Shown here: positions 10,170-22,410 of the stretch, in pieces
Layout: each line of letters starts with the position of its first letter
Position numbering within the stretch: position 1 is the stretch's first letter
NCBI GenBank assembly: GCA_028534125.1
Contig: CM052832.1
Location: 6,946,001-7,010,000 of the forward strand
Direction of reading: 5' to 3'
Source of the DNA: Lama glama
Taxonomy: Eukaryota
DNA: 64,000 nt
The notes under the pieces: model-generated
Seen by the model: the letters and a program-made list of their open reading frames with translations, nothing else
The model's database searches: none
Told to the model about the DNA's origin: nothing
Position numbers and translations under genes: made by a program

Positions 10170-13100
10170 GTAAAGGGCGCTGCGTTCTTGAGGGATACTT
10201 GCTGCTGCAGGAACAGAGGATCTTCCATGAGGGAGGGCGACAACCTTCCTGTGGCTCCCAGCAGCCACCTGCTCACACACCCCTCGCTGGCCAGACCCCC
10301 AGCTACAAGGGGGGCTCCGAAAGCGAGGATCACACTTGGGACAGAGCATTTCGCTGTCCTGTGGAGCAAGTCCCGATTCGCAAGGGAAGAGGAGGCAACG
10401 GGCAGTGGATGTTGCAGCTGAGAGTGTCTGGGATGGACACCCGAAGATCCAGGAGTGGGCTGTCCTGGTCATACTTGTGCCCCCATCCTGGGCGACCCCA
10501 GGGGGACTTCAGGTGTGAGAGTCCAAGTTTCCAGGGAGTCGGGATCCAGGCTGTTCCCATCTTTAGAACTTTAGTGTGAGAGCTCTGGATTCGAGGCCAG
10601 GGTAGAGAGTTACTACTGTTCAGCCTTCCAGGTCCTCTCTCTTTCTCTATGTCTGTCTATCAGTCCGTCTGTCTCTCTCTCTCAGATCCATCCTTTATAT
10701 TATCATAAGGGTATTTTTCCTAAAATAATCCTTTAATCATGTGACTTCCCCTGCTCAGAAAACCTTCTGACACTTCTCATCACTCGGGGCAGAGTGCACC
10801 AGCAGCCCCCCTTGTCTTTTGCTTGGTTCTTCCCAACATTATGTCCTGACACTTCTTACCATGACTCACCCGCCTCTGTCAGGTTGGGCTTCTCTCTGCT
10901 GCTCTGCTGCTCTGCTGCTCTGGTCTCCTTCTGTTCCCTGGGAGGCTGCTTCTGCTTCAGGGAGGCTCTTGGTCTTTCCTAAATGGAGAGAGAATGCCCA
11001 GCCCCCAGCTGCAGCTCCAGCCCTCTCCCCAGTGAAGCCTCCCTTCCCACCCCACCACTCCCAGGTGCATCCATCACTCCACCTGCCCTCCACGCTCACC
11101 CGGCCCCTATGGTCCACGCTGCCCGGCTTCACCACTTCGCATCTCGTCGAGTTACGGGATCTACAAGCCAAGTGCTTTACAACTGGTGAGCGCTTTCCCA
11201 TAAAAGATCACAGAGCATATCACCCTGTGAAGGAGCTCTTATTTCTTCATTCTATACAAGGAAACCAAGATGGACACATTTAAATGACTTGTCCAAGGTG
11301 CCCACCTAGGGAGAGGCTGCCGCAAAAAAACCCCGGTTGGTCTCCTCGGTTCAAATGCCGTGCCCTTCAAGACACATCAGTGATGAAGTTTATTTTGTCG
11401 TTCAGGTGAGACCTTGAATCCCTCACGGGCGTGTGGTGAGATCGGGTTTTAAGTTTCTCTGTCTCCTCCCTAGCAGCTCGTTCATTCACTCGGGGCCCCC
11501 AGCTAATCTCTGTCAAATGAATGAACACATAGTCATTGTCTGTGACCCGCACAGCAAGCAGACTTTCACACGGTTGGACAGACTGGCCTTTTTCCGTGGA
11601 GAAGGGCGGGTTTTGGAGGAGTGTGGGTGCAGGTGCGCTCCCGTGTTTGGGTGGAGATCAGGCTGGGAGAGGGAGCCACCCCAGCAGCCCCCAGATGCTT
11701 ACGATGCCCTTTCCTGTCCATCATCACGGCCGAGCCTGCCAGCACCCCTCCAGGTAGACCAGGCAAGCATCACGACTCCACTTTTATGCATAAGGAGACG
11801 TTCTTCCTGAAAGAAAAATTATATACAGATGTATATATATTTAAGGAATTTTTAAAAATGTACGACCGTGAAGTTTAGCAGTTCCTAGGAAAACTGATTT
11901 CTTACCCTGGCGCCTCCGTTGACTGGCTGAGGGGCCTCAAACAAGGTACTTCTCTTTGCTGAGCCGGTTTCCTTATCTGGAGCGTGGAGATGGACGTGGT
12001 GCCGTGTTTATAGAGTTAGTGTGGGGACCCGGGGAGGCGGGCAGGGGCCGCACTTGCAGGCGCCTCGCTAGAGCTCTTCTCAGCATCCTGGTGCCCTGAC
12101 AGAGCTGGCCGTGCAGCCAGGGACCGTGCAGCCAGGGAAAGGGGACTGATACGCATGACGTGATCTGTACAGTAGACCTGGCAAGATGGAATTAAGCTCT
12201 CGTTGTATAATGTCGTAAATGCTGATGAGGGTCAACAGAGAGAGAGGGCCACCCCTGACCAGTGCCATCGGCCACACCAGCTGGGCTTCGGCGACCAGAG
12301 GCATCCTTCCCACGGATGCCTGACTCCAGAGGCCACGGTTCCGTCGAATCATAGAAAGAAATCATCACTTCTGGATCTTTAAGCCACAGAAAGCTAATTG
12401 CTGAAAAACAAAATCAGTATAGATTTTCCCTCCCCGCTGAGAAGCCAAGTGTTGCTGCCTCGTGTCAGCTCTGAAAACCAGAAGAAGGTGAAGAATGTCC
12501 TCTCATTGCCTGAAAGGAGAGACACACACAGTAAACACAGGGACTAAGGAGATGAGATTTCAGAAATGCTTTCGGAGTTGATGGTCTGAGGAGTTCCAAG
12601 TGCTGCAGAAGACAGCTGGAGAGTGCGTGTGTTTGGGCAAGGACGCGGGAGGGGCACCTTCGCTGAAATTCCTCTCTTCCCCTCCCAAGCCGATTATGCC
12701 AGGAATTTGTTGCATTACAGGCTCCTCTTCCCCTCCCCGTTGTTTACTCTTTTACGGTTCCTCCATCCCATGTTCTCCATGCCTGCCTCCCACAAGGCGT
12801 GTTGCATTCTCAGAGAGAGCGTTTAGGGTGACTCCGATGTTCCAGCCCGGCCGCGGGAGTCTCCATCACTCCTCCTCCTCCCTCTCCTCCCCCTGCCCCG
12901 TGCCCTCCCGCCCCCGCCCGCCTTCCCTCCCTCTGCCCCTTCCTTGCCCCTGACTTCTCACCCGCTGACCAGCACATCAGCCCACCCCTGGACGTGGACA
13001 GGGTCCCACGTCAAGTACAGGGTCACTTTCCTTCCTGTTGCACGACCACAGAAGCTAGGTCTTAATGGAAGAGTGTGACTGGATTCATTCACATTTAATA

Positions 13101-13503
13101 TTTGGGGCGCTGCCTGCTGCGTTTTGGTTAAGCTAATTGGCGAAGGGAAGGGAACTTTGAAAGCGAACCCCAACTTCTGCCCTGGGTGCCCTGGGTGTCT
13201 CGGAGGGAAGCTTGGCACTGGTTTAGGTGGTCACCCGTGATCGCCCTCTGCCTTTTCAGCCTCACTCAGCTCTGTCGTCTCGGCTTGCTCTTCTCACTGA
13301 CTTCCACTGGATGGATTTCCTGTGCCACAGCACATCCTTCCAGAACCTTCCCCACCTCCCCTGCCCCTCACCCCGCACCGGGTCTGCTCTTACTGGCAGG
13401 CTCGTAGGGCAGCACAGGGAGCCTAATGGGCCACCCATCCCAGGTCCGCCTGACTGCAAAGTGCCCCGGCGTCAGCCACCCCCGAACCCTGCTCTCTCCA
13501 CAG

Positions 13504-13629
13504 AAAGCCAGCCGACCTGCACAACCTCGCCCCCGGCACCCATCCGCCCTTCCTGACCTTCAACGGGGATGTGAAGACGGACGTCAATAAGATCGAGGAG
13601 TTCCTGGAGGAGACTTTGACCCCCGAAAA
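13504..13629 (+). CDS. CLIC5: CLIC5 internal coding exon (exon 3; 126 bp; [43 protein letters not shown])
   Basis: Acceptor ctctctccacAG (13502-03), donor GTaagg at 13630. Phase 2/2 joins the previous exon in frame. [22 protein letters not shown] and ETLTPEK distinguish CLIC5 from CLIC4/6 as I recall them. Confidence 0.97.
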
Positions 13630-15845
13630 GTAAGGAGCGGCTTGTTTCCGGGGCTAGTGTCAGGGAGGGGTCTGTGTCGGGCCAGCAAAAGCCCAGCGTT
13701 TGTGTTCGGGGGGCAGGTTTCCAAAGGAGCCTTATCCATCCAGAGCACAGGACCCTCTTTCTGAAGAGAGAGTCTCAGAGCCCCCTCCCCACCCCCAAAG
13801 GGCTGCCAGTCTCAAGGCTGCTCCACCAAGTCCAACTCCAAGAGTTGGTACCTGCTAATACACAACCTCATTGCTGACCCTAAGTTTGAAATCCCACAAC
13901 AGAAAATAAATGCTGTTTTCAAGAACTAAATAGAGTTTCGACTTTGCCTGGGAGACCCCGAAGGGCAAGTCCACAGTGAAGTTAACATCTTCCCTTCTAG
14001 AAGTGATAGCTTCCCTCAGGAGTGCCTGCCTCCGTCGAGGCCACAGGGAATGGGGGACTGAAACAGTGCGGAGCCAGTCCAGTGGATGGAGGCCTGGGGT
14101 CCGCTCCGGGCTCTGCCAGCGATGCCCTGTGCTGCTTTGAACCAGCTCCTTCTCTGGTCTTGGCCTCACTTCCCTCCCCCGTGAGAGGCTGACCCTTCAC
14201 GCCCATCTTAGCCGGGCTCCCTCCACCCCCACCCAGCTGTGCCCTTTGGGGACTGTTTCTTTAACTCAAGGCTCTCCAATCTACACCCACAGCAGGACCA
14301 AGGGGGTCCATGAGACCCCGGAACTGTATATGTATATCCACGTGCACAGGTAGATTTTTCTGGAGGAGGGCCGTCATCAGATTCATCCCTGTTTCATCAG
14401 ATTCTGGAAACTTGCCATGACCCAAATGGGGCTAAGCAGAGACACCGCCTCCTCTCGCCCTCTCCACCCACCTCGCCTGTCCTGAGCTCTGCTTGGTCTG
14501 GCCCATCTCCCTCTGGACTGCAGTTGCGTGCAGGACGTTTTATTAAGTGCACTCCTGCCGAGCCAGTGACCCTAGGACCTGCCATGCCCAGGTAGCGGAA
14601 CCTCAAAACTGTGAAAATGCACAGCTCCAGAGGGCTGCCGAGGTGGGGCCCTGGTGGTGGACCGTGGCCATTGTGGAGCCCCCAGGAGTGCCCCTTAGAT
14701 GCTTCAGTGTGGGTCAGACTGGGGCAGGTACCACAGTTACCTCCCAGGAAAGGTCAGCAAGCCAGGGTCTCAGCCCCGCAAAGGGACACCTGCTGTTCTG
14801 CCTACAGCAAGCCACCAGCCTCGGCTGGCTTCCCACTGACTCTAGCTGGGAGGTCGGTGGGGTGGCCCGTGTCCCCTGGCCCCCAGAGGAGTGCAGGCTG
14901 GCCTTCGGGTTCTCTAGGGGGCAGCAAAACCCCCATAACTGTTCACCGGACGCTGGTCTGCATGTGTTTCTCATCACGCCGCTGTTTGTAAAAGCTGCCA
15001 GACAGCCAAGAAATTGTGGGAGCCTTTTTCCCCTTAGCTTTGTTTTTCAAAGGAAAAAAGGAAAAACACATACAAATGCTCCGACAATTTTTTTTTTTAA
15101 AGATCACTTTTGGTCGCACAAAGCATTTGGTGTCAAAACGAGGAATCCAGAAAGTCTCACGGAGTTTCTAAATGAGACTAACTTCCTCTCCTCCGACTGG
15201 CCCAGCTAATGCTCCACAGGGAAGCATCAGAATTTTCATCCACACGCTGGCCTTTCCCTTTCTTCCTCGTGGACTGGCCAGAGTTAATGGAATTCAGAAC
15301 TGAGAGTCATGAAACCAAAGCCTGGTCACCTTTCTACCCAGCACTTGCTGGGTGACCTTGGCCAAGCCTCTCTCCCCCTCAGACCCTCCGCATGTCCTCA
15401 TCTCTGCAACCACCTGGTCTCTAAGATGCCTTTCCGCAGAAGTTCAGTGACTCCATGAGTTTTTAAAAGTGCTTTCCTCAGAGCTTGTTGGTGAGCATTT
15501 CTGATTAAAAAATAGCCTCTAATTTAAAAATAAAATAAAATAAACAGTTAGAAAAATTTCGGGGGGAGAGGGGAGGTGAACTGAGAAAGTCTAATTACAT
15601 GGCATGTCATTTAGTCAGCCAGCTATTAAGCAAGTGTTAACAGGGTTCCGAACTCTGCCAGAATTGGAAGCCACTTTGAACTCATTATTTAAAAAAATGT
15701 CTATAGATAGTATACGATAGTAGAAGGCATGAAGGTTCTTCTAACCATTTGGGAGGTGGAGAAGCAGCCTTGGCATCAGTGACTGGAAGACATGGTAGCT
15801 GACAGTCTGGGTTTCGGAGTCAGAATGTTTTGGTTCTAATCTGTA

Positions 15846-15860
15846 CCACTAGGTGGCGCT
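15846..15860 (+). promoter_or_regulatory. Consensus CTCF core motif CCACTAGGTGGCGCT
   Basis: Perfect match to CCASYAGRKGGCRS; binding is not demonstrated. Confidence 0.5.
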
Positions 15861-16192
15861 ACACTGTAGTAACAAACTGGCCGCAAAAGTCTCAGTATTT
15901 TAACAGAATACGAATTTATTTCTCACTCGGGCAAGTCTGAGTGGGTAGTGTGGCCCTCTTCCATCTTGTAGCTTTTGAAATACATTTCCTCCAAGGCGCC
16001 TTCATCAGGGAAAGAAGGAGAGAGATGATACAAAATGTTTTTAGGTCCCAAGGCTCTGTGTGGTTACATCACTTCACTCCCATCCTATTGGCCAGAACTC
16101 AGTCACATGACCCTGATCTAACTGAGAGGGAGGGGCTGGGAAATACAAGGAAGCACCTGGATATTTAATGAGCATGAGTGGTCTCTGCTGCA
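15851..16192 (-). mobile_element. MaLR LTR (MLT1K/L-like) interrupting a + strand MIR (about 15800-15850 and 16193-16330)
   Basis: 'ctgtagtaacaaac', 'tttatttctcactc', 'cctattggccagaactcagtcacatgacc', 'ggctgggaaat'. Confidence 0.7.
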
Positions 16193-17063
16193 GGTAAATT
16201 ACTCAAAACCTCTCTGATCTTTAATTCCCACATCTATAAAATAATGACCATCATGTTGATCTTGAGGGACATTGTCGAAGATAATACGACTTACCCTAGT
16301 GCATGACAGAGTCAGAGCTCCTTAAATAGCAGCTTGGAGAGTTAGGACAGGTCAATGCCTCTTTTGTGACTGTCTCCCAAGTGCAATCATAAGGCCAGTT
16401 GGTGATCTTAGGTCTTAAATCCACAGATCCCAGTGGGTGTCTTTTTAATGAGTAAGCCAGCCCTCGCCCACCTCCAAGGATCATGTGTTTACGTAGCAGG
16501 GGCAAGACGAGGCAAGCACACAGGATCAGAAGAGTCAGAAGCATTACTCTCCTTCTCCAGGGAGGGTTTATGAGGGGAGGAAGCAGGAATTATGGAGAAG
16601 GGACAGAGGGGACGATGTCCTTCCACTTTTCAGATCATTAGAAAACAGAGGGTCAACACTCAAGCTGATAGGAGAGCCCCTGGAATCAGCAGAGGTCACT
16701 CCGTGGGGATGGGAGGACCATCTCTCCTTTTCTCCAATGTGTCTGCAATGCAGGGGACAGGGCTTGGCCCCTTGTAGGTGCTTACTGCACGGCAGTTTAA
16801 TTGCATGGGGTCCTTTTGCTGGGTGGCATGGTGGCCTGTGGCTAGTCGGTGAGACGTCGGTTGGGACTTGGAGCCAGTCAGAGCACTTCCATCTGCAACC
16901 ATACCTTACTTCTTTTGCTATACTATTTACAAAAAAATAAAAAAATATTTTGATGAGAAGCCAACTGTTTTACTTCCCAGAATGAAGCTTAAGTCCATAT
17001 CTAGGATGAAAGCATTTGAAATATGATATCTTAAAACAGAGTGGAGAAATTTTTTCATTAGAA

Positions 17064-17384
17064 CAGGGGTTGGCACACTTTTCTGGAAAGAGCCACATAG
17101 CATTTTTGACATCGTGGGTGGTAGAGCCTCGGTCACAACTCCGTTCTTGTAGAGTCAAAGCAGACACAGACAATCCGTAAGTAGGTGGATGTGGCTGTGT
17201 TGCAATAAAATTTTATTTGTGAATACAGAAATTCGAATTTCATATCATTTTCACATGTCACAAGATAACATCCTTTTTAGATCTTTTCAATCATTTAAAA
17301 GTGGAAAAACTATTGGTGGCTCACGTGATGTATATAAACCAATGGGCTGGATTTAGCCCCCAGGCCATAGCTTGCTCACCCCTG
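17064..17384 (+). mobile_element. MER58B-like hAT-Charlie MITE
   Basis: TIRs caggggttggca...ttgctcacccctg; internal 'tggctgtgttgcaataaaattttattt' and 'gaatttcatatcattttcacatgtcac'. Confidence 0.85.
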
Positions 17385-18174
17385 AGTTACAGAAATTCCC
17401 CATCTCTTTGATTTGTCACCAGGTCACATCGCAATATTATTTCAAAGATGTTTCTATAAATGGAACATTATTTGCTAACCTTTTAGAGAAACAAAATGTA
17501 TCCTGGAGCCCACTTATTTGCATGTTTAAAAATATAGTGTACATATGGAGCTAAAATGAGTGCACTTATTAGCATCCTATACAGTACCTGCCCCAAGTCT
17601 AGGTACCAGGATCCCTGAAACTGATATTTGAAGACGCATGTTCCACAAGGACAACCTTCAAATGGGATGTTATGCTAAAGTCAAGTCTCAATGACTCATA
17701 GTGCTTAGAAAACAGGATGGTACTACCATGGTTCTCCTGAATACACTGCCCTTTGTCACCCTTCTTGGATTTGATACCACCTGCTTGTATTTGATCCATG
17801 CAGATCATGAAGAAATGGTCAGATTAACTGCAAGTCTGATCAAATGATGGCATAAATTAAAAAAGAAAAATCCCAACAAACCCAAATGAAAAGTGCACTT
17901 TCTAGGGCCCTCTCTCTTTACATTATTACCTTACTGAGCAAAAACAAGGAATACTGGGTATATTTTAATAATAATTTAAGGCATTCAACCCTGAGAGCAT
18001 GTCAGATTCTGTGTGAGAAGGCCAAAATAGGGAAGGATGATCCTAAAATCTCTTGTCTTGGAAGACTACCAGGCGTCTTACAGGAACCCTTGCTTTGTGT
18101 CCACGATCAGAACAGATGAATTGGTGATTGGATCCCCAGTATATTCAGGAAGAGATGTGTGCAGACCTGTGCAG

Positions 18175-18189
18175 AGCGCCCCCTCCTGG
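18175..18189 (-). promoter_or_regulatory. CTCF-like motif (CCAGGAGGGGGCGCT on the - strand)
   Basis: One mismatch to the core consensus. Confidence 0.35.
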
Positions 18190-18289
18190 TGGACGGAGGG
18201 AGTTCCTCCATGGTGCTCAGGACCACCCTGGGGAGTGTGTGGGGGTTTTAAGGGAACTGCGGAGTCCACGGGAGGCCACAGGACATGGA

Positions 18290-18520
18290 ACTTAAGAGCT
18301 AGGCTTCGAGAGTGAAACTGCCTGGGTTGGACTTCTGGCTCTGCCACCTGGCTGTGTGAGTGGAGACAAATTGCTTAAATTCTCTGTGCCTCTCTTGTCT
18401 CTGGTGGGAAATAAGACTAATGACAGCACCAGTGGAATTGTGAGGAATAAACGATGAATCCACGTAAAGGGGTCAGAGCAAGTGTCTGGCACAGAGTAGG
18501 CACTCAGTACAAGTTAGCTT
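18290..18520 (+). mobile_element. MIR SINE, near full length (a second fragment lies at about 18595-18740)
   Basis: 'ttaagagctaggctt...ctgcctgggttgg...tggctctgccac...ttgcttaaattctctgtgcctc...ttgtgaggaataaacga...tctggcacagagtaggcactcagt'. Confidence 0.85.
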
Positions 18521-19890
18521 TTGCTGATGTGGGAGAAGTGACGGCGTGGGAAGACCACTGCTCCAGCACCCAGAAACCGGGTTCTCCAGGTCCTTCTGCT
18601 GTTCATTATATGGGGCCTCAAATAGTCATTTAACCTCTCTGGTGTCCAATCGCTTCCTTGCAAAATGAGGATGATAATGCCTTTGTAACTGCCTGAGGGC
18701 AGAGGGCTGGACCCAGTTACCTTCCGAGGACTCGTCCAAGGCAATATCTGAAATTAAACAGAATGAATGAAACCTCACATGGCCCAAAAGTGGGCAGTCC
18801 TAGCTAATGCGTCAGTGGGGGAGCAAGGAAAAAAAAAAAGAGCAACAAATAATTGTTAAAGGCTTTTTGGGTCAAGTTATTTAAAACATTAAAGCAAAAA
18901 AAATTTTTTTAAACTATATAAACATAAAGCAGCCAAATGACTTGCAGTCCACAGTTCTTCGCCCAAGGACCACAAAGGTCCACGTACTTGATGATAATGA
19001 AAACCAAACAATTGCCCCCTATCTCCTCCCTCCCTTGCCTGGTCATCTACATAAAATGCTTAGGAAATAATTTTTTTTTTTTAATTAGAATGGCTCGTTT
19101 CGATGGTGCCAGTGAGACCAAAAACAAAGATTCTCACACAAGCCAGGGCACCTTGTTCAGTCTCAAGGCCAGTAGGAAACAGTCCTAACCCCCGTTTGCT
19201 TGTTATGTTCTTCTGGCTTCAAAATGAAAGAATGTGTGAGAGGGAGGAGCTGGGTCATGGCAAATCTATCTCCATGCCTGGAAATAAAACCATTGAAAAC
19301 ACTCATCCTGCCGATGGAGCCTGGTAGCTTCCACATTTTACTCCTGCACGCAAATAAGAGTATTTCAAAAGAGGACTGTGGGTACTCTTCCTTCTGAGAA
19401 ATGGTTTTGAGGTCTCAGTGCCAAGGTGCCTAGCACCTCCTTGCTCGCAGAATTAGCTCCACGCAGCTAGGATGACAATCGCAGGCGTGGCAGGGGAGAG
19501 TTATTTCAGCGTGGGTTGGGAAAACATCAGGAACCCCACCTGGTACAGAGCAAACTCACTCAGAATTTTGACTGAGGTCTGTGCACGGCTGCATCGTTGT
19601 CGGGGGTCCCAGGAAGAGGACACACCCTGGGCCCTCCGAATGGTGTTCTGGTTCCCTGCTCATCAACTGTGTCCCCCAGGCAGGTCTCACCTCACTGGAC
19701 TCTGTTTTCCTCTGTTATTGAACTTGGGCTGCAAGTGCCCACCCTCCCCATAGAATGGGTTGGAAAAAACCCCCAAAGATTTGTAGATGCAGCTAGAAGC
19801 AGGAGTGTAGCTTGCTGAGATGGGAACAGGCTCTCCCTTAAAGGACCTCCAAGTTCTCGCTGACCCTAGAACACTGGTCTTCCGTTCCAG

Positions 19891-19997
19891 GTATCCCAGA
19901 CTGGCCGCGAAGCACCGGGAGTCCAACACAGCGGGCATCGACATCTTCTCCAAGTTCTCTGCCTACATCAAAAACACGAAGCAGCAGAGCAACGCTG
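19891..19997 (+). CDS. CLIC5: CLIC5 internal coding exon (exon 4; 107 bp; [36 protein letters not shown])
   Basis: Acceptor tcttccgttccAG (19889-90), branch-like GCTGAC about 19859, donor GTgagt at 19998. Phase 2 start matches the previous exon. The peptide is visible inside ORF 19820..20179. Confidence 0.97.
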
Positions 19998-20332
19998 GTG
20001 AGTGGCTCCCTCCACCTTCGAGTCATCTGAGAATGTTCCCTGAAGGGGTTTCAACTGGGTGGTTAAGATTCAGGGGAAGTTCGTGGGCTGGGAACACAGG
20101 ACGGGGGGCGTGCGGAAGAGGGAGAAAACTCCAGCCACAGAGCCCGGGAAGAGCGTCCGGAGCCTGCAGTGCCGGCTGAGGGCTGGGTTTTATCTGTGGG
20201 CATGGCAGTCACTAGAGGTGCATGAAGAGGCCCTGTTGGGAGAGTGGCCTTTTAGGGACGAGGAGACCGGAGAGGCGCGTGGGAAATACTTTGAATTTAC
20301 TTGGTGATCTTGCTTCATTGCTGTTTGGCCCC

Positions 20333-20767
20333 TGTGACGGGTTGAGTGTTATCCCCACAGTCCCTGCCCCTGCCGCCACGGACCTCAGGATGTGGCCTTA
20401 TTTGGAAATAGGTTCTTTGCAGATGTGATTGGTTATGGGTCTCGAGATGGGAGCATCCTGGTTTAGGGTGGTCCCTAAATCCAATGACTGGTGTCCTTAC
20501 CAGAAGAAGAGAGGACGCACAGAGACAGGGTGGGGGGGGGCACATGAAGGCGGGGCGGGGATTACAGTGCTTCAGCCGTGAACAACCCAAGGACCAGTTG
20601 GGGCCACCAGAGGCTGAAAGGGGCACAGAGGAGCCTTGGGAGGGAGCGCAGCTCTGTGACACCTTGATTTTGGATTTCTGGGCTCCAGAACTGTGAGGAT
20701 CGATTTCTGTTGTTTTAAGCCCCCCAGTTAGTGGTACTTTGTTGTGGCCGCCCTGGGACCTAATGCA
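20333..20767 (+). mobile_element. MaLR solo LTR (MLT1C-like)
   Basis: TG...CA ends; 'gtggccttatttggaaatagg...ttgcagatgtgatt', 'ccctaaatccaatgactggtgtcctta', 'gacaccttgattttggatttctgg', 'ttgttttaagcc'. Confidence 0.9.
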
Positions 20768-22129
20768 GTGCTCACAGCCATCGTGGGAACGGGCCGTCAC
20801 CACGCTTGCCCGGTGAGGACCCCGATGCAGTGAGAGGACAGTGGCTGGTCCTCCCGCCCAGGGGCTGAGCTGGTGCTCAGTTCCAGTCTTTCAGATTCCA
20901 CACTGGCATCCTTTCCTCTCAGCTGCAAGTATCTTCTCCGCAGGTTCTTCAGGGTATGAGTGGTATTTACACATGACCCGCGTTCACCGTTCTCCTGTCC
21001 CCAAAGCCAAAGCAGCCCTTTCCACTGAGCAGCGTGTATCAGCGTCTTACAAACTCCACACTCTCCAGTTTTCATTGTTTCCACTTCTTCTGTCTCACCC
21101 TGTTTTCCTCTGGGATGGGTTTTCCCCCTGTGACTCCCTCTCCCCCAGCTCACAAGCACATGTCAAAGCTCTGGCATTTCTGTTGTCCCTAATTGCCTGT
21201 CCTCTAGGTCACATCGTCTGTGCTGTTCCCTCCTGCCTTTTAACAAGACACCATGCTCTTCCTTCGTGGGGACTGTAGCCTGTCTGCTCCCCTCCCGTTC
21301 CCTTCATTTTCCCTTCCCCACCCATACCTCCTAGTTATGGTCAGCGGGGTCCTCAAGCTCTTGGGCTCAGTACACCAGCGGCCGGGGCCCCTTCTGGGAC
21401 ATCCTTGTGCGGAGAGGACCATCCCTCCTGTGCTGGGCTTCCAGAGCCGGCACCAGGGCCCCACCCCTTACAGCTGCTTGCCGGTGAGACGGTCTGCACC
21501 ATGTCTCTGCTTTTTCTGAGCTCTGTACTCCCACTGCAAGCCCCATCAGCCTCAGCCCCAGGCTCCCTTTGCCAGACCATCCGCATCTTCAGCTCTGCAT
21601 GTGTTTCCCCAGTGTCCTGTCTTCAGATTGTCCGTGTTGTGTTTTCAATTTTTTTCCTGAGCAGAGCCCTCCCTCCACATTAGTGTCCAATCACCGCCCC
21701 TCCCCACCCCCCGCCACTGGCTGGGTTCTTGGTTCTTCCCTGCTCTCTCAGCATCAAAGCGTGAAAAAACCCCACACTGTGACCTGGTTCTACGTGGTGC
21801 GTCAATTCTCCACTCCGTGGTGGAGACAGAAACCACCATTCAGAATTTCCTGGTTGTTCACAAATCCTCAAAAGACCCCGCAGCCACTGGAACCCTGACC
21901 CCATCCTGGAGGAGCGAGCCTGCAAGAACATTGTATGTTAGTTTGTTCCTTAGGTCACTCCCTTATTCATTCAACAAACACATTTCATGGAGTAGATCCA
22001 AGTCTAAGCTAATGTTTAAAGGGCGATTCTTGTGTGCTGGGCACCAGGCTAGGTACTGGAGTTGCCAAGACAGAAGAGACACAGTCATTCCCCTGGATGA
22101 ACTAACCATCTACAGGGGACCGTGAAACC

Positions 22130-22410
22130 CAGGAGCACACAGTTAGTGGCCTGGGTCTGAGTCCCAGATCTGCCACTTCCAGCTGCCCAGCTTTGCCTGA
22201 GAGACTTCCCTCTGAGCCTCTGTGCCCACCTCTGTAAAATATTCTTAATAATACTTTCAACTGCCTCATCGGCCAAACAGGCAGTTAAGAGTGTATCCAA
22301 TGTTTGTAACACAGATTCACTTATTTATAAGTCCATGCTTGTGAATCCTTCAGTGCAGTGCCTGGAGTGTCGTAAATGCTCTTTAAACGCTAACTTTGAT
22401 TATTATCACT
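22130..22410 (+). mobile_element. MIR SINE (L2 fragment immediately upstream, about 21950-22120)
   Basis: 'gcctgggtctgagtcccagatctgccactt...ctctgagcctctgtgcccacctctgtaaaat...cagtgcctgg'. Confidence 0.7.

Noticed and set aside
9951..10579. Overlapping 120-156-aa ORFs around the first CLIC5 exon
   Set aside because: Alternative-frame or antisense shadows of a GC-rich exon, with no independent support.
12109..12138. 15-bp tandem repeat ccgtgcagccaggga x2 (and similar pairs at 4472, 45471, 54370 and about 54565) as CRISPR-like or systematic repeats
   Set aside because: Two adjacent copies, no spacers and unrelated sequences; ordinary micro-duplications.
14547..15209. 220-aa ORF on the + strand
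   Set aside because: Non-ATG start, no recognisable domain, runs through T/A homopolymers, and lies in a CLIC5 intron; consistent with a chance ORF in GC-rich DNA.
19888..19896. AG|GT recursive-splice-like site at the start of exon 4
   Set aside because: GTATCC is a poor donor and follows simply from the Lys-Tyr-Pro codons.
19820..20179. Stand-alone 119-aa gene
   Set aside because: Only 19891-19997 is CLIC-like and it is bounded by strong splice sites; the rest is intron read-through.
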